Shown: in pieces, positions 1 to 14,995 of the stretch
How positions within the stretch are numbered: the stretch's first letter is position 1
Layout of the letters: each line of letters begins with the position of its first letter
Assembly: GCF_009914755.1 (NCBI RefSeq)
Contig: NC_060947.1
DNA from: the human T2T-CHM13v2.0 reference genome, Homo sapiens
Length of the DNA: 64,000 nucleotides
Strand: one strand, 5' to 3'
Made by a program: the position numbers and the translations under genes
Notes under the pieces: generated by a model
What the model was told of the DNA's origin: nothing
The model's input: only the letters and a program-made list of their open reading frames with translations
The model's database searches: none

Positions 1-799
1 CTATTGACTCCTCTGCTGCTTACATGTAGTCAGAGGCAACCTTACCATCATTTTAATGGAGTTATTGACAGAAGATATCCTCAATTGGGCATGAAGATGG
101 TGATCCGTTTGTGAACAAGTGCTGTTTTGTGAGCAGTTTCACCACACGTGGGCTATACTTACTTTTGAATTTAACTTTAGCCCAATGCTGCTTATATCTT
201 TTAGTTTGGTAATGTAGTTACATAGTTCAGTCATAAAACAGAACTAAATGTTTGTTTTTCTTGTCCTCAGCCCTTCCCTTCCCTTCCTCAACAATTCAGT
301 CCCAACACTGTCAGATGGGGAAGGTCAAGGTAAGTGTCTTTATCAGATGAGAGGAGGGAGCTGTGTTTGCCTGAGCAGGGTGAGGAAGGCATTCATGCTG
401 GGAGAGCAGCTTATCGCAGGGAGTCAGAGCCTAAAAATTATGATGAGGGCTTCCCAGACAGGAGACAGCCAAGTGAGAGATATTGGAGTTTTATCTGGTT
501 GAAGAGTGTGTCCATGTGGAGGAAGTGTGTGGCAGACTGGAGCGGGGTTTCAGAGTCTGAGCAGGTTAAGAAGCATGTCCATGCTGCTAACAGTGTGAGG
601 AAGGTACCTGTATGGTAGGAGTTGGGTAGGGAGGAAGTCTGTTGCACTACTTCTCAGCCAGAACAGGTTTACAAAGTGGGTTGGAAAACAGGGACTGTAA
701 TCCACAGTTGGGAGGATGTCAAGTGGAGCTTCCAAGCAGGGAACGAGGAGTGCAGGAAATGGGAGATTGTTTACATATAGGGGGATTGGTCAAATAAAG

Positions 800-2240
<1,441 letters not shown>

Positions 2241-2249
2241 GGGATTATA

Positions 2250-2810
2250 TTTAGTTTCTATCGCAGGTAACATATTACAACACACTAAGCAGCTTGAAAC
2301 AACACTCATTTATTAACTCATAGTTCTGCAAGTCAGTATTCTGGGTAGCCTCAGCTGGTTTTCTGCTTAGGGTCTCCCAAGACTGAAATCAAGTTGTTGG
2401 CTGTCCTGGGCTATTATCTGGAGGGCCAGGAGAAGAATCCCCTTCTAAGATCATTCAGGTTGTTTGCAGAACTCAGTTCCTTGCAGTTGTAGAACTGATG
2501 GCTCCATTTCTTTGCTGGTTTTTGACAGGCAGCTGCTCTCAGCTCCTAGAGGCTTCTTTCTGGTCCTTGCATGTGGCCCCCTCCACCTTCAAGGCCAGCA
2601 ATGGAGATGCATTCAACCCTTATCATGATTCAAATCTCTCTGACTTCCCTTTCTGCCATCAGCCAGATAAAACTTTCTCCTTTTAAAGAGCTTAGGGGCT
2701 TAGATTAGGCCTACCCAGATAATTTCCTTTTTGCTGTGTCATGTAACATAGTGATAGGAGTAACCCCAGGAGGTGAAAGTCATAGGGATTATCTTAAAAT
2801 TCTGCCTCTC
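2250..2810 (-). mobile_element. MaLR LTR (MLT1-like)
   Basis: Typical reverse MLT1 motifs 'gcttgaaacaacactcatttattaactcatagttctg', 'ctgaaatcaag' and 'tcattcaggttgtttgcagaactcagttccttgc'. Confidence 0.7.
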
Positions 2811-3139
2811 ATAGGATAGATGGGACATCAGGCTGGCAACTTACCTTCAAATAATTCAGGGAAAAAAATTTCTGTACTGTCCCTGCAATTTTTTATAAGT
2901 TTGTTATTTTTTTCCTCCAAAATAAAAAAAAAACAGTAAATATAAAAATTTGTACAGCGAAGTTCTGGTTCTAGGTATCATGGAATAAACACATTTCAAC
3001 TTTCTCTAGCAGTGAACACAGCTATGAAAACCAGACAGAATGTGTGGTGTAGATATTTGAGGTATCTGAAAAGTAAATATGAACTAGAAGATGTATTGGA
3101 GAAGAAGATCAGTATTTGAAGTACCCACCTTTGGAAACT

Positions 3140-3435
3140 GGGAATGGCGCTTAGCTTTAAAGTCTGTCAGATATTTAGAACATCTATGTTGTTGATTTGC
3201 CCAAGAAAACAGAGATCTCAGTTCTACAAACACAAGGATTTGAATTTTGCCAACAACTTCAATGAGGAAGGAATAGATGTTTCCCTAGAGCCCCCAGAAA
3301 GAAATGAGACATCTTGGTCTCTTCCTGGTGAGACCTATGTTGTTCTGACCTAGATAATTGTAAGATAATATATTTATATTGTTTAAGATGTTAAGCTTGT
3401 AGTAATTTCTTATGACAGCAATATAAAACCAATAT
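3140..3435 (+). mobile_element. MaLR LTR 3' fragment (MLT1D/E-like)
   Basis: 'gaattttgccaacaac...ccctagagcccccagaaagaaat' and the end motif 'taagataata...gtaatttcttatgacagcaatataaaaccaata'. Confidence 0.6.
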
Positions 3436-3542
3436 AGAAGAAGAGGAAATACTTCCCAACTGATTTTACAGCCCTAACATTACCCTGACACCAGTCAAGA
3501 CAAATAATAGTGCAAATAAAGAAAACTAAGACAAATATCCCT

Positions 3543-4404
<862 letters not shown>

Positions 4405-4409
4405 TCCCT

Positions 4410-6110
4410 CATATTACCAGACTGAATTTGTCAATATATAAAAGAAATAATTTACCACAACCAAGTGGGATTTATCCCAGGAATGAAGGCCAGTTCAATA
4501 GTTGAAAATCAATCAATACAATCTAGTCTAAAGAAGAAAAACCACATGAGCATAGTCATCGATGCAAAGAAGTCTTTTGATAAAATTCAACTTTTATTAA
4601 TGATAACAACTCTCAGCAAACTATGAGTAGAAGTAAACTTCTTCAACCTGGTGAGATGCTTCTACAAAAAAATCCTCAAGCTAACATAATATTTAATGGT
4701 AAGAGACCAGATTCTTTCCCCCATGACTGGAAACATGGCAAAGGTATCCGTTCTGAGCACTCTTATTTGACATCATAACAGAAGTCTCATCCAGTGCAAC
4801 AAAGGAAGAAAAAGAAATAAAAGGCAGACAAATTGGAAAGTAAAAGTAAATTTTTTTATTTGCAGTTGACATGATTGTCTATGTAGAAAATCCCAAGAAA
4901 TACAGGTTTGAAAAGAAGGAATCAAATGAAACAACTAGATGCATGTCCAAAATACAAACTTCAATACATGCCTCACAGCTTATAGAAAAATTTACTAAAA
5001 ATGCATCATATATTGAAATGTAAATGTATTAAGTATAAATTAAAAACAGAAACTGTAAATGTAAAACATAAACAGTGTTGTAACTTCTAGAAGAAAATGT
5101 AGAAAAACTGTGTGATCTTGGCTTTGACAATGATTGTTCAGGTATAACACCAAAAGCATTATCCATAAAAGAAAAACAAAGACAAATTGGACTTTAGGAA
5201 AATTAAAAGCTTTTGTTTTATAAATGACACTGTTAATTGGAACCAACCCAAATGTCCAACAATGAGAGACTGGATTAAGAAAATGTGGCACATATACACC
5301 ATGGAATACTATGCAGCCATAAAAAATGATGAGTTCATGTCCTTTGTAGGGACATGGATGAAATTGAAAATCATCATTCTCAGTAAACTATCGCAAGAAC
5401 AAAAAACCAAACACCGCATATTCTCACTCATAGGTGGGAATTGAACAATGAGAACACATGGACACAGGAAGGGGAACATCACACTCTGGGGACTGTTGTG
5501 GGGTGGGGGGGGGGAGGGATAGCTTTAGGAGATATACCTAATGTTAAATGACGAGTTAATGGGTGCAGCACACCAGCATGGCACATGTATACATATGTAA
5601 CTAACCTGCACATTGTGCACATGTACCTTAAAACTTAAAGTATAATAATAATAAAATAAAAAAATAAAAAATAAAAAATGAATTTGAAAAAATATATAAA
5701 ATGAAAAAAGAAAAAAAAGAAAAAAAAATGACACTGTTAAGAGAGTGAAAAGATAAGCCACACTGGCAAAAGTGTTTGCAGATTACATATTTTATAAACG
5801 ACTTGTGTCCTGGATATGTAAAAAACTCATAAAACTTAACCAACATAAAACAAACCAATTAAAAAATTGTCAAAATATCTGAACAGTCACTTTAACCAAA
5901 AAAGACATACAGATTGCAAATAAACAGAAATGAAAACATGTTTAATATTGTTAGTCATTAGGGAAATTCATATTAAAACTACAATTAGTTATCAGCACAG
6001 ACCTATAAGAATGGATCAAATAAAAACAATCTTCCACGATTGCAAATGCTGGTGAGGATGTGGAACAAGAGGAACTCTGATTTATTGCTGGTGGGAATGC
6101 AAAACTCTCA
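4410..6110 (+). mobile_element. Decayed old L1 ORF2/3' fragments
   Basis: L1 ORF2-like nucleotide motifs (ccaagtgggatttatcccaggaatg; ttgcagttgacatgattgtctatgtagaaaatccc; tgctggtgggaatgcaaaa). Hosts the younger L1PA fragment. Confidence 0.75.
5237..5725 (+). mobile_element. 5'-truncated young L1 (L1PA3-like) 3' end
   Basis: ORF2 C-terminus (...KTKHRIFSLIGGN*), L1PA 3' UTR and an A-rich tail. Perfect 15-bp TSD aaatgacactgttaa at 5222-5236 and 5726-5740. Confidence 0.95.
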
Positions 6111-6853
6111 CCAGCAGCATACAATAATTCTGTTTACTGACACCCAGACAAGCACAGAATCTTATCAGTTTTTTAAATTGTTTCTGATTTAAGAGGCAAA
6201 GGAAGAATTTTGTTTGTTTCCATTTGCATTTCTTCCATTGTCAGAGTTTCTGTTTGTTTACTGGCCCTTTATGTTTCCCTTATTTAAATGTCCTATTCAT
6301 ATCCCTTGTCCATTTTACTCTTTAGTTGTAAAAGCTGCCGAAATAGTAAGGTTATTAGCCCAAATCTGTAATACATGTTGTAAATACTGCATTGCATTGT
6401 TTATTTGTAGTTTAACATGCATTATGGTATTATTTTTAAGGCATTTGTAATATTTGGTATGGCATTTTCAGATTATAATATTAACACATGATTATGGCAA
6501 AAAAGAAAATTTGAATATGTTAATTGTAAAAAAGAAATCAAATACTGGTGTGTACTAAAACCTTTTCTAATATTCTAATTGTAAAAGCCACTGATTTGGC
6601 ACTGAGGGTGCAACAGGACATAGTTGTTAAGAAGTGTGACTTTAGATTTAGGCGACTTGGGTTCAATTATTGTCTAGCACAATTCACTTAACTTCTTTGT
6701 CCTCCAGCTGCCTTTATTTGTAAAAAGTAATTCTAACATATTTCAATGGGCTGTTGTTAAAATTAATTTATTTTATTCATTTATTCAACAAACTTAATGA
6801 GTGCCTACCAATTACCAGGCACTATTTTAGGCTAGTAGTTCTTTAAATGTAAG

Positions 6854-6855
<2 letters not shown>

Positions 6856-6897
<42 letters not shown>
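6856..6897. repeat. (CA)n microsatellite
   Basis: About 21 uninterrupted CA units. Confidence 0.95.
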
Positions 6898-6901
<4 letters not shown>

Positions 6902-7758
6902 TATGTATATATGAGATGATTTCAACTTAAGGAAACAGGCAAATAAGGCTATGTATGTCAGAGTGGCAGGGTAGGAGCAATCCTTACTACAGCATGGTGT
7001 CTGTTGTTCAAATGTATCTGTATCATCTTCCCTACTCGCCTACCCCCAATGCATTCATCATGGAAAGGAGGGGCCTGTATGTTAAAATGATTTTTTTTTT
7101 TTTTTTGGTAATACATCAAGTCCCAAGAAACATTGGGGCAGTATCTATCTGGGTAAATACATTGTCAAAGTGGAAAGAAATACATTCCTTACTTCTTTGG
7201 CCCACCAGAGACTCCAGATAAATCAGTAAGATTTGTGTCATCTTGAAGAGTCCAATACATATGCAATATTGCCAAGCAGCACATGGCAGTTCCTTAAGTA
7301 AATTGGGAGGTGGGGTTGGGTTGTATATAGTACCAGAGGAATGAAAAACTGGTTACTCATCTCTGCTGTCTGAACTTGTTCCTAAGCATATATCTTGAAT
7401 TCTATCCCCACTAATAACTGAAGGAAATCTGAAGAGAATTGAGGCTATGCATGTACTGGGGTTGGGAGAAGGGAGCTAATCAAACAGCTCATACTCATTT
7501 CAGACTCATTACTTCACTTGATCTACTCAGCAATCCTGTGGAATATTTTCCCCATACAGTACATAAAAGACGGATTGTGAAGTAAATGTATGTGCAAAAT
7601 TACCTGGTTTGTACTTCTAGCCTAGAGATTCAAACATCACTTGAAATTTATCCTTTTTAAAGTTTTTTTCAAGTATTTATTAAAGTGTTCTCTATTGCCT
7701 TTATAAGCCAACTGACCTGTTACTTTTTTTCTTTTTAGACTCTTTATTAATTTTGTGA

Positions 7759-8073
<315 letters not shown>

Positions 8074-8501
8074 TAAACATATTCTTTTGAAAAAATGAAA
8101 GAATACAGATATTCAAAATAAAAAATTTTCCATAAATCTGCCCCTTAGAGAGAAACCAATATTATTAAGCTTTTCGTGTACATCTTATCCAAATTTTTCT
8201 ATGCACACATGTAACATATAAATATACCTATTTTAAATTGGGATATCATATATATGTGTATGTGTCTGTGTACTTGTGTGTACACACATGAACTTTTTCT
8301 ATGCAAATGGAAAAAATCCAGTATTAAAATGCAGACTTGCATATGAAACCATAAAACAAAATCTAATGAGATACTGGTGACAACAAGAACATCTAAAACC
8401 AATATCATCAAAAGGTTAAAAACACAAACATGAGCGAAAGTAAGACTAGAAAATGCAACCTAAAATAAAAGTGAAGCCCTAAAAATATAAGAAAAAATAA
8501 T

Positions 8502-8861
8502 TCAAGACAAAAAGCACTGAATTGGATAAGGCCACTTCCTGGACTGTCTTTTCATCCGATGCATTACTCTAAATTTATTTCTTAATTTTTAAAAATCTCT
8601 TCTGGACACTTTTCTTCTCCTCCTCTTTCTCCTCCTCTTTCTCCTCCTCCCCATCTCCTTCCTCCTCCTCATCCTCTTCCTCCCTCTCCCTTCATTGTTA
8701 TTGACATGCCTATGGGGCAAGCCATCTCCATCTTCCTGGGTAGGTGGTGCTTGTTCCTGGAGATTATTTCCTCTAGCTTCCTGGCCTTCCATTTCTTCCA
8801 AATGTAGCTCTTCCTCTACGTTATGAACACTTTCTTCATTTTCCTGGTGGGAATTTTCCAT
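8502..8861 (-). pseudogene. BEX/TCEAL-family paralog with a disrupted CDS (90-aa ORF 8861-8589, TAA, then an in-frame TCEAL-type C-terminus to TGA at 8502)
   Basis: ATG at 8861 in GACATGG context gives MENSHQENEESVHN..., resembling BEX3 MANIHQENEE. After the TAA (8589-8591) the same frame reads KLRNKFRVMHRMKRQSRKWPYPIQCFLS*, matching TCEAL8 in this window (RVRNKFVMMHWKQRHSRSRPYPVCFRP*). The 3' UTR aligns with that of TCEAL8 (aaaatctaatgagatactggt vs aaaatccaatgagatgctggt). Confidence 0.85.
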
Positions 8862-9249
8862 GTCGAAAGTTGTTTTTCCCTTTTCCTCTTTGACTGCAAT
8901 TACTCCTTGGAGAAAAAAGGGAGGAAATACTGAATGTGTGCTGTTCATTCCAGTACCCGTGTGTTTTCCCGAATCAGGGGGATGAGTGCAAAGGTCTCAC
9001 CTTTCCTCTAATTCATTCCTCTATTCCCTCCAGGTTCTTGCCCTTCTCCCATACCTAAAGAGTACATATATATTCTCTCAGTCTCTCTCAACAATTTTTC
9101 CTTTAGACCATTCTACCAGCCTCTCCCTGGACTGAATGAAACATAAGTAGGAGCAGTGTCTCCTCCTAGTTATGTTCTGGCCTGGACCATTTCCATCCTT
9201 TCACCCCCAACCCTCAGAGGTTCTAGTCCAGAGCATGGCACATAGTGAC

Positions 9250-9313
9250 CTGCCCAAATCCCAGTCAGTTTCGTCTTCCTCTTTCCTTTCTTGAGCCTAA
9301 TAGGCATTTGGAC
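9250..9313 (-). other. Predicted non-coding exon 2 of the BEX/TCEAL paralog
   Basis: Acceptor tttcttctctctgcag| and donor gcag|gtcact. Same size and pattern as the small middle exons of TCEAL8 and TCEAL5. The coding-exon acceptor ttttttctccaag| is at 8906/8905. Confidence 0.6.
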
Positions 9314-9972
9314 CTGCAGAGAGAAGAAAGATAGTGGTACTGAAGTGCTTGGTGGATGGACCAGTATACTAGACAAGGGCCTCTTTGAAGACTGGACACC
9401 AAATCCCTTCAAGCCTCAAAGCTCCTCTTCCCATCCCTGTTTCATCCCCATCTCCTGCTCTAAAATGCCTACCACATTGGATTAAGGGAAATAGTTTCAA
9501 TGATTTCTTAGTCTCCATTTGTCCACATCTGCACCCTCTACATAACCACCATTTCTTTTACATCCTTCCCCCTTCATCTCAATACTCCTCATCTTGGTGC
9601 TTATGCAGCACTCCCTTGCAGGCAGGGTGTAAAAGAAGTGAATTATTTACAAGCTACCCCCAGGTCTATGTGTTCCCTCCTGACCCTCTTTCTCCAGCCC
9701 TTCCCTCCATCCCAAGGCATATCATTTCTGTTTCAAAATATTGAAGAGGTGTCAAAGCAAACAGACCTGTACCTGCTTCAGTTTTTGCCTTCCTTCCCTT
9801 TCACATATACCCCCTTACACCACCACCACTGATGCACAGCTCCAAGTCCAGTTGCTCACGCAGACCTGCTCCATTCTGGGAAAGTGTCTTTCTCCCCCTC
9901 ATCCTCTGGGCCAGACACTAGCCTGTCTCAACAGAAAAGGGGAGTGCTGCAAAAATAAAAAAGACCTGAATA

Positions 9973-10190
9973 AGAGGAATTTACTCACACCTTGGCTCCT
10001 GGTCACATGAAGGTCTCGACTAACGGCAGAGTTTAATCTCCCAACCCTCACATTCACCTCTAGGCTGGCAGGCAGTGCAACAGAAACCACCACCACACTC
10101 CCACCATACACACAGAGAGACCCACCTCCACCCCTCTGTGAACAGTGCCTCAGTGCACACCACCCTGTCACTCTGGTCTTCGCCAATCTT
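9973..10190 (-). promoter_or_regulatory. Degenerate BEX/TCEAL promoter motif of the paralog
   Basis: aggaatttactcacaccttggctcctggtcacatga aligns with TCEAL8 aggacttctgcacacgtcgactcctggtcacgtga. The E-box is CACATG (10004-10009). CCAAT at 10183-10187. Confidence 0.7.
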
Positions 10191-10882
10191 GAGGGGCCAC
10201 AAATGGCATCACCGATGAAGGTTAGTGTTTGCCCTTCTCTGGTTATTAATGAAGGTCTGCACCCCCTATCCGACCAATCCTCCTACGCTCTACCCCACCA
10301 GGCCTTGTTTCTTGTTACCTGTCCCTCCTGTCACCACTCTTCCTCCTCACCCCACCCCAAGCCACCTGTGCCCGCCAACTTCCTTGTTTTTGTCATGCAC
10401 AGTGTCAGGGATCTATAGTGTAATTTTCAGTAATTCTCAATATTTTCCTGCATAGTTTCTTTAAAAATCATAAATACAATAAAGCTATTTTCATTTGGGA
10501 GGAGAAAAGGTTTTTCTTAAGGCCTTTATTTAACATTCCACTAGCTCCAGATTCAATTTTTGCATTACTCCTTTCACATTTCTTGGTCATTGTTCTATAT
10601 TTTACTTTAGAAACTTTAGTTAGAAGCAAGAGTTTTGAAAAGCAGTTCAAGTTTATGCTCTTAGGAAGAGGTAATTTATCATTAATGTAACCATGTAACC
10701 ATTTCAATGTAAATGTCACCTGAAAATTGTAAGGAGGGGAGAAAGGAGAAAGACCTGAATAGAGAATGTGGCATTATTGTCACAGACATAAAGTAACTAT
10801 CAAAGTAGAAAAAGATTTTACTACTGTCTCAAATCCTCAACAACCTGCATTTTGGCCTGTTTGGTCCCAAAAGTATAAATGC

Positions 10883-10883
<1 letters not shown>

Positions 10884-10962
<79 letters not shown>
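10884..10962. repeat. Compound (CA)n(GA)n microsatellite
   Basis: About 22 CA units followed directly by about 17 GA units. Confidence 0.95.
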
Positions 10963-10967
<5 letters not shown>

Positions 10968-10982
10968 GTCCACGTAGATGCT

Positions 10983-11624
<642 letters not shown>

Positions 11625-12134
11625 CAGATGCATTATTTTTTAACAATGCAGGCTTTGGTCCCAAGCCTTCATGTAGTCTCTTACATTGCTGAACTGATAT
11701 GGATAATTCAATACAGCTTCTCTAAAAGAAAAGCATTCAGTGTTGGTTTATCCCCACATTAAAAACATTTATTAACTACACAATGATTATCAGCTGTAAA
11801 TCATGCTAACACACTTGCATCTCCAAAACAACCACTTATGAATCATTTGCTATGTACCAAGTGCATTAATTGGAAATTAGCCTTTAATCCTGACAAAAGC
11901 CCCTTGAGGTATATGCTGTTATAGTCCCAATTTTACAGATAGAAAAACTCAATATATCATTTAAATAACTTGTACAAAGTCACATAGCTAGTGAGTATAG
12001 AGTTGAATTTGAATACAGATCTCTCTGACACCACCGCTTGTGGTCGTAGCCAATAGACTATATTGTAACCCAACTGAAATATCAGTATCCTTCAGGTATT
12101 CTTTCATAGACCTTTTCTTCTTTCTCAAGATGTT

Positions 12135-12588
12135 TGTATTAGGTTTCTATTGCTGCTGTAACAAATGACCATAAAATTGGTGGCTTAAAACAACAGAAAT
12201 TTATTATTTTACAGTTCTGGAGGACAGAACTGTAAATTGAGTCTTACAAGGCTAAATTCGAGGTTTTGGCAGGGCTGGTTCCTTCTGTACCTTTCTTCTT
12301 CCAGTTTTGGTTGACTGCTAGCATTTTTTGGCTTGTGGTTTCACTACTATAAGTTCTGGGCTTCCATTATCGTATTGGTTTTTTGACTTCTGAAGTGAAA
12401 TCTCCCTCTGCCTCTCTCTTATAAGGGACACTTGTGATTGTATTTAGGGCCCACCAGAATAATCTCCCCATCTCAAGATCTTTAACTTAATCACATCTGC
12501 AAAGTCCCTTTTACCACATAAGATAAAATTAACCTAGTCCAAGGATTAGGACATGGATATCTTTGGGGGACATCATTAGCCTACCACA
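12135..12588 (-). mobile_element. MaLR solo LTR (MLT1C-like)
   Basis: Runs tgtattaggtttctattgctgctgtaacaaat...cctaccaca. 5-bp TSD atgtt at 12130-12134 and 12589-12593. Confidence 0.85.
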
Positions 12589-13969
12589 ATGTTCAAATGA
12601 TCTTACGGTTTTCACTATCATATAAGTGTTGACTCCCAAATCTGTATCTCCAGCATATATCTCTCTTTTGAGCTCCATAATATTTTATCCAACTTATTTT
12701 GAACTTTGACATGGAAATATCTCACTTTGAACTAAATATAATCTTCTCTTTCAGTTCTCTCACTGCACCTCAAATCTCACCTTGGGTCTCTATCTATATT
12801 AATGACACCAAGATTCAACTAGTTCCCCACGCCATACTTTCTTAATGTTCACATCCAATCAACCACCAAGATCTGTCGTTTTTACCTCCCATAAACTACT
12901 GCAACAGCTTCTTCCTGGTCTCCCTACCTGAAGTATTGCCCCATCACATTAAAGGATGACTCCAGAATACCATATAAAAAGATATCACATTCAATAATCC
13001 TTAAAACAACCCTATGAAATTGGTATTTCTTTGGGAAATCCTCATTCTGCAAAAGCAGACTTCTCTTAAGACAAAAAGAAGGTGACTTGTAGAGAATACT
13101 TTCATGTATTCTTACATGAGCTGTTTTTGGATATGAACTCCACTTGTGGAATATTTAGAAGACTGGAGGAAAAATATAGCTCTTGGGAAACAACTTTATG
13201 TCCTGAGGGATTACTATACTATATCCCTGATACATTTTTAGTCTGAATCCAGTTTCACCTCTGGCCCTTGTGTAAATACAAATTATGTTACTTTTACTTT
13301 GGAGTTTTGCTCTATTCCCATCCTTCCTACATCCTCACACCACCTGATACTCCATTCCTATCATTCTTAAGTTTCCTTCCACTCTCTTTCTGAACACTTG
13401 TTCTGGAGTTGCAGATCACTGTTTTCATCCCATAATAGATGGTGGTTGAATGGGACAAGGCCAGCCTTGGTCCCTGTGACCAATAAATCAATATATGTTC
13501 TCATTGCTGGCAAAGCAGCTCACACATTGTCTTTCCACATCAAAGTCTGATACAATAAACTACGTTTTTCTTACTAGAACTTATCTTTTTTGTCATAACT
13601 CTTTATGGTTGCTTCCAGTCTACCTAAATTGATATTAAGATGTTCTCAAGGTCCCCAACTCTCTTCTTCCCACAGGAGTCAGATCATATCCATGATATAT
13701 AAATACTGCTATTTTAAATCTTACAAAAAGTCTTGATGACATGGGGTGGTCTGTTTCAACAAGCCGGCCTATAGAATGATTTCTTAAACTACCACCAGAA
13801 GCAGATAGCAGCCTGCTGTCTCTCTCTTTTTGTTACTCTATAAAGGTGTTAGAGCAAACTATCATTTCATGATTGCACATAACCAAATTTGTCAATCTTA
13901 TGCTTGTTCTCATTCAGCCACCTTTTCTTCTGGAAGGCTGACAGATATCATTGCCTCCATCCTCATCAA

Positions 13970-14995
13970 AGTTTTGTTTTGAAAACAATTCAGACCTACA
14001 GAATGTTTCAAGGATAATAAAGTAAATTGAAATATACTTTCAATTTCTTCATCTAGATTGCCTTCACCAGTTAATATTTTGCCAATTGCTTTATCTCTCT
14101 CTCTCTATATATATATATAATATATATATATATTTAACATTGCTGAACTATTTGAAAGCCAACTGTAGATGATGTAGACATCATCATAATACTCCAGCAT
14201 TTTATCTCCTGACAACAAGGACACTCTCCTAAACAATAACAATACAATGATCACATTCATAAAATTTAAAATTGATATAATACCATTATCTAACTTACAA
14301 TCCTTATTCAAACATTACATGTAGTTGGTATGTCTTTTAATCTAGAACAGTTCTCTATCCATCTTTCTTTCATGACATTGACATTTTGCTGAGGATGTTG
14401 AACAACTGAAATTCTCATACATAGGTAATATAAAATGGTACAACCACTTTGGAAAACTGTTTAGCAATTTCATATCAAATTAAATCTTTACCTTTTCTAT
14501 AATGCAGAAATTCCACTCCTAAGTATTTCCCAAGAGAAATGAGAACATATATTCACAAACAGGCTTACACAAGAATGTTCATAGTGGTTATATTTATAAT
14601 GGGCAAAAATGGGTACAACTCATATGTCCAATAACATCTGAATAGATATACCAAATTTTTGTATGTTCACACTATGCAATACTATGCAGCAATAATTTTT
14701 AAAAAGAATAAACAACTAATACATACAATTATAAGGATGAATCTTAAAAACCTTATATTGAGTGAAAGATGCTGGACACGAATATATACTGTATGATTCC
14801 AATTATCTGAAGTTCTACAACAGAAAAATTTGTAGAAATAACCTAAGTGGTTATTGGAGGAGAGGTGGCTGGGAAGAGGGACAGGAAACTTTCTGGAGTG
14901 ATAGAAATATTCTATTTTACACAGTTAATTGTATATAATTGCACACTTAAGATCTGTGCATTTCCCTGTATGTGAATTTTACCTCATTTTTTAAA
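13970..14995. mobile_element. Old L1M 3' fragments (minus piece about 13970-14390, plus piece about 14390-14995)
   Basis: L1M 3'-end motifs 'aaaatggtacaaccactttggaaaactg', 'atactgtatgattcca' and 'cacttaagatctgtgcattt'. Confidence 0.65.

Noticed and set aside
8862-8948. First 29 codons of the 119-aa ORF-track call (MNSTHSVFPPFFLQG...)
   Set aside because: The segment crosses a polypyrimidine tract and splice acceptor (8906), so it is intron plus 5' UTR. The family-homologous start is the ATG at 8861.
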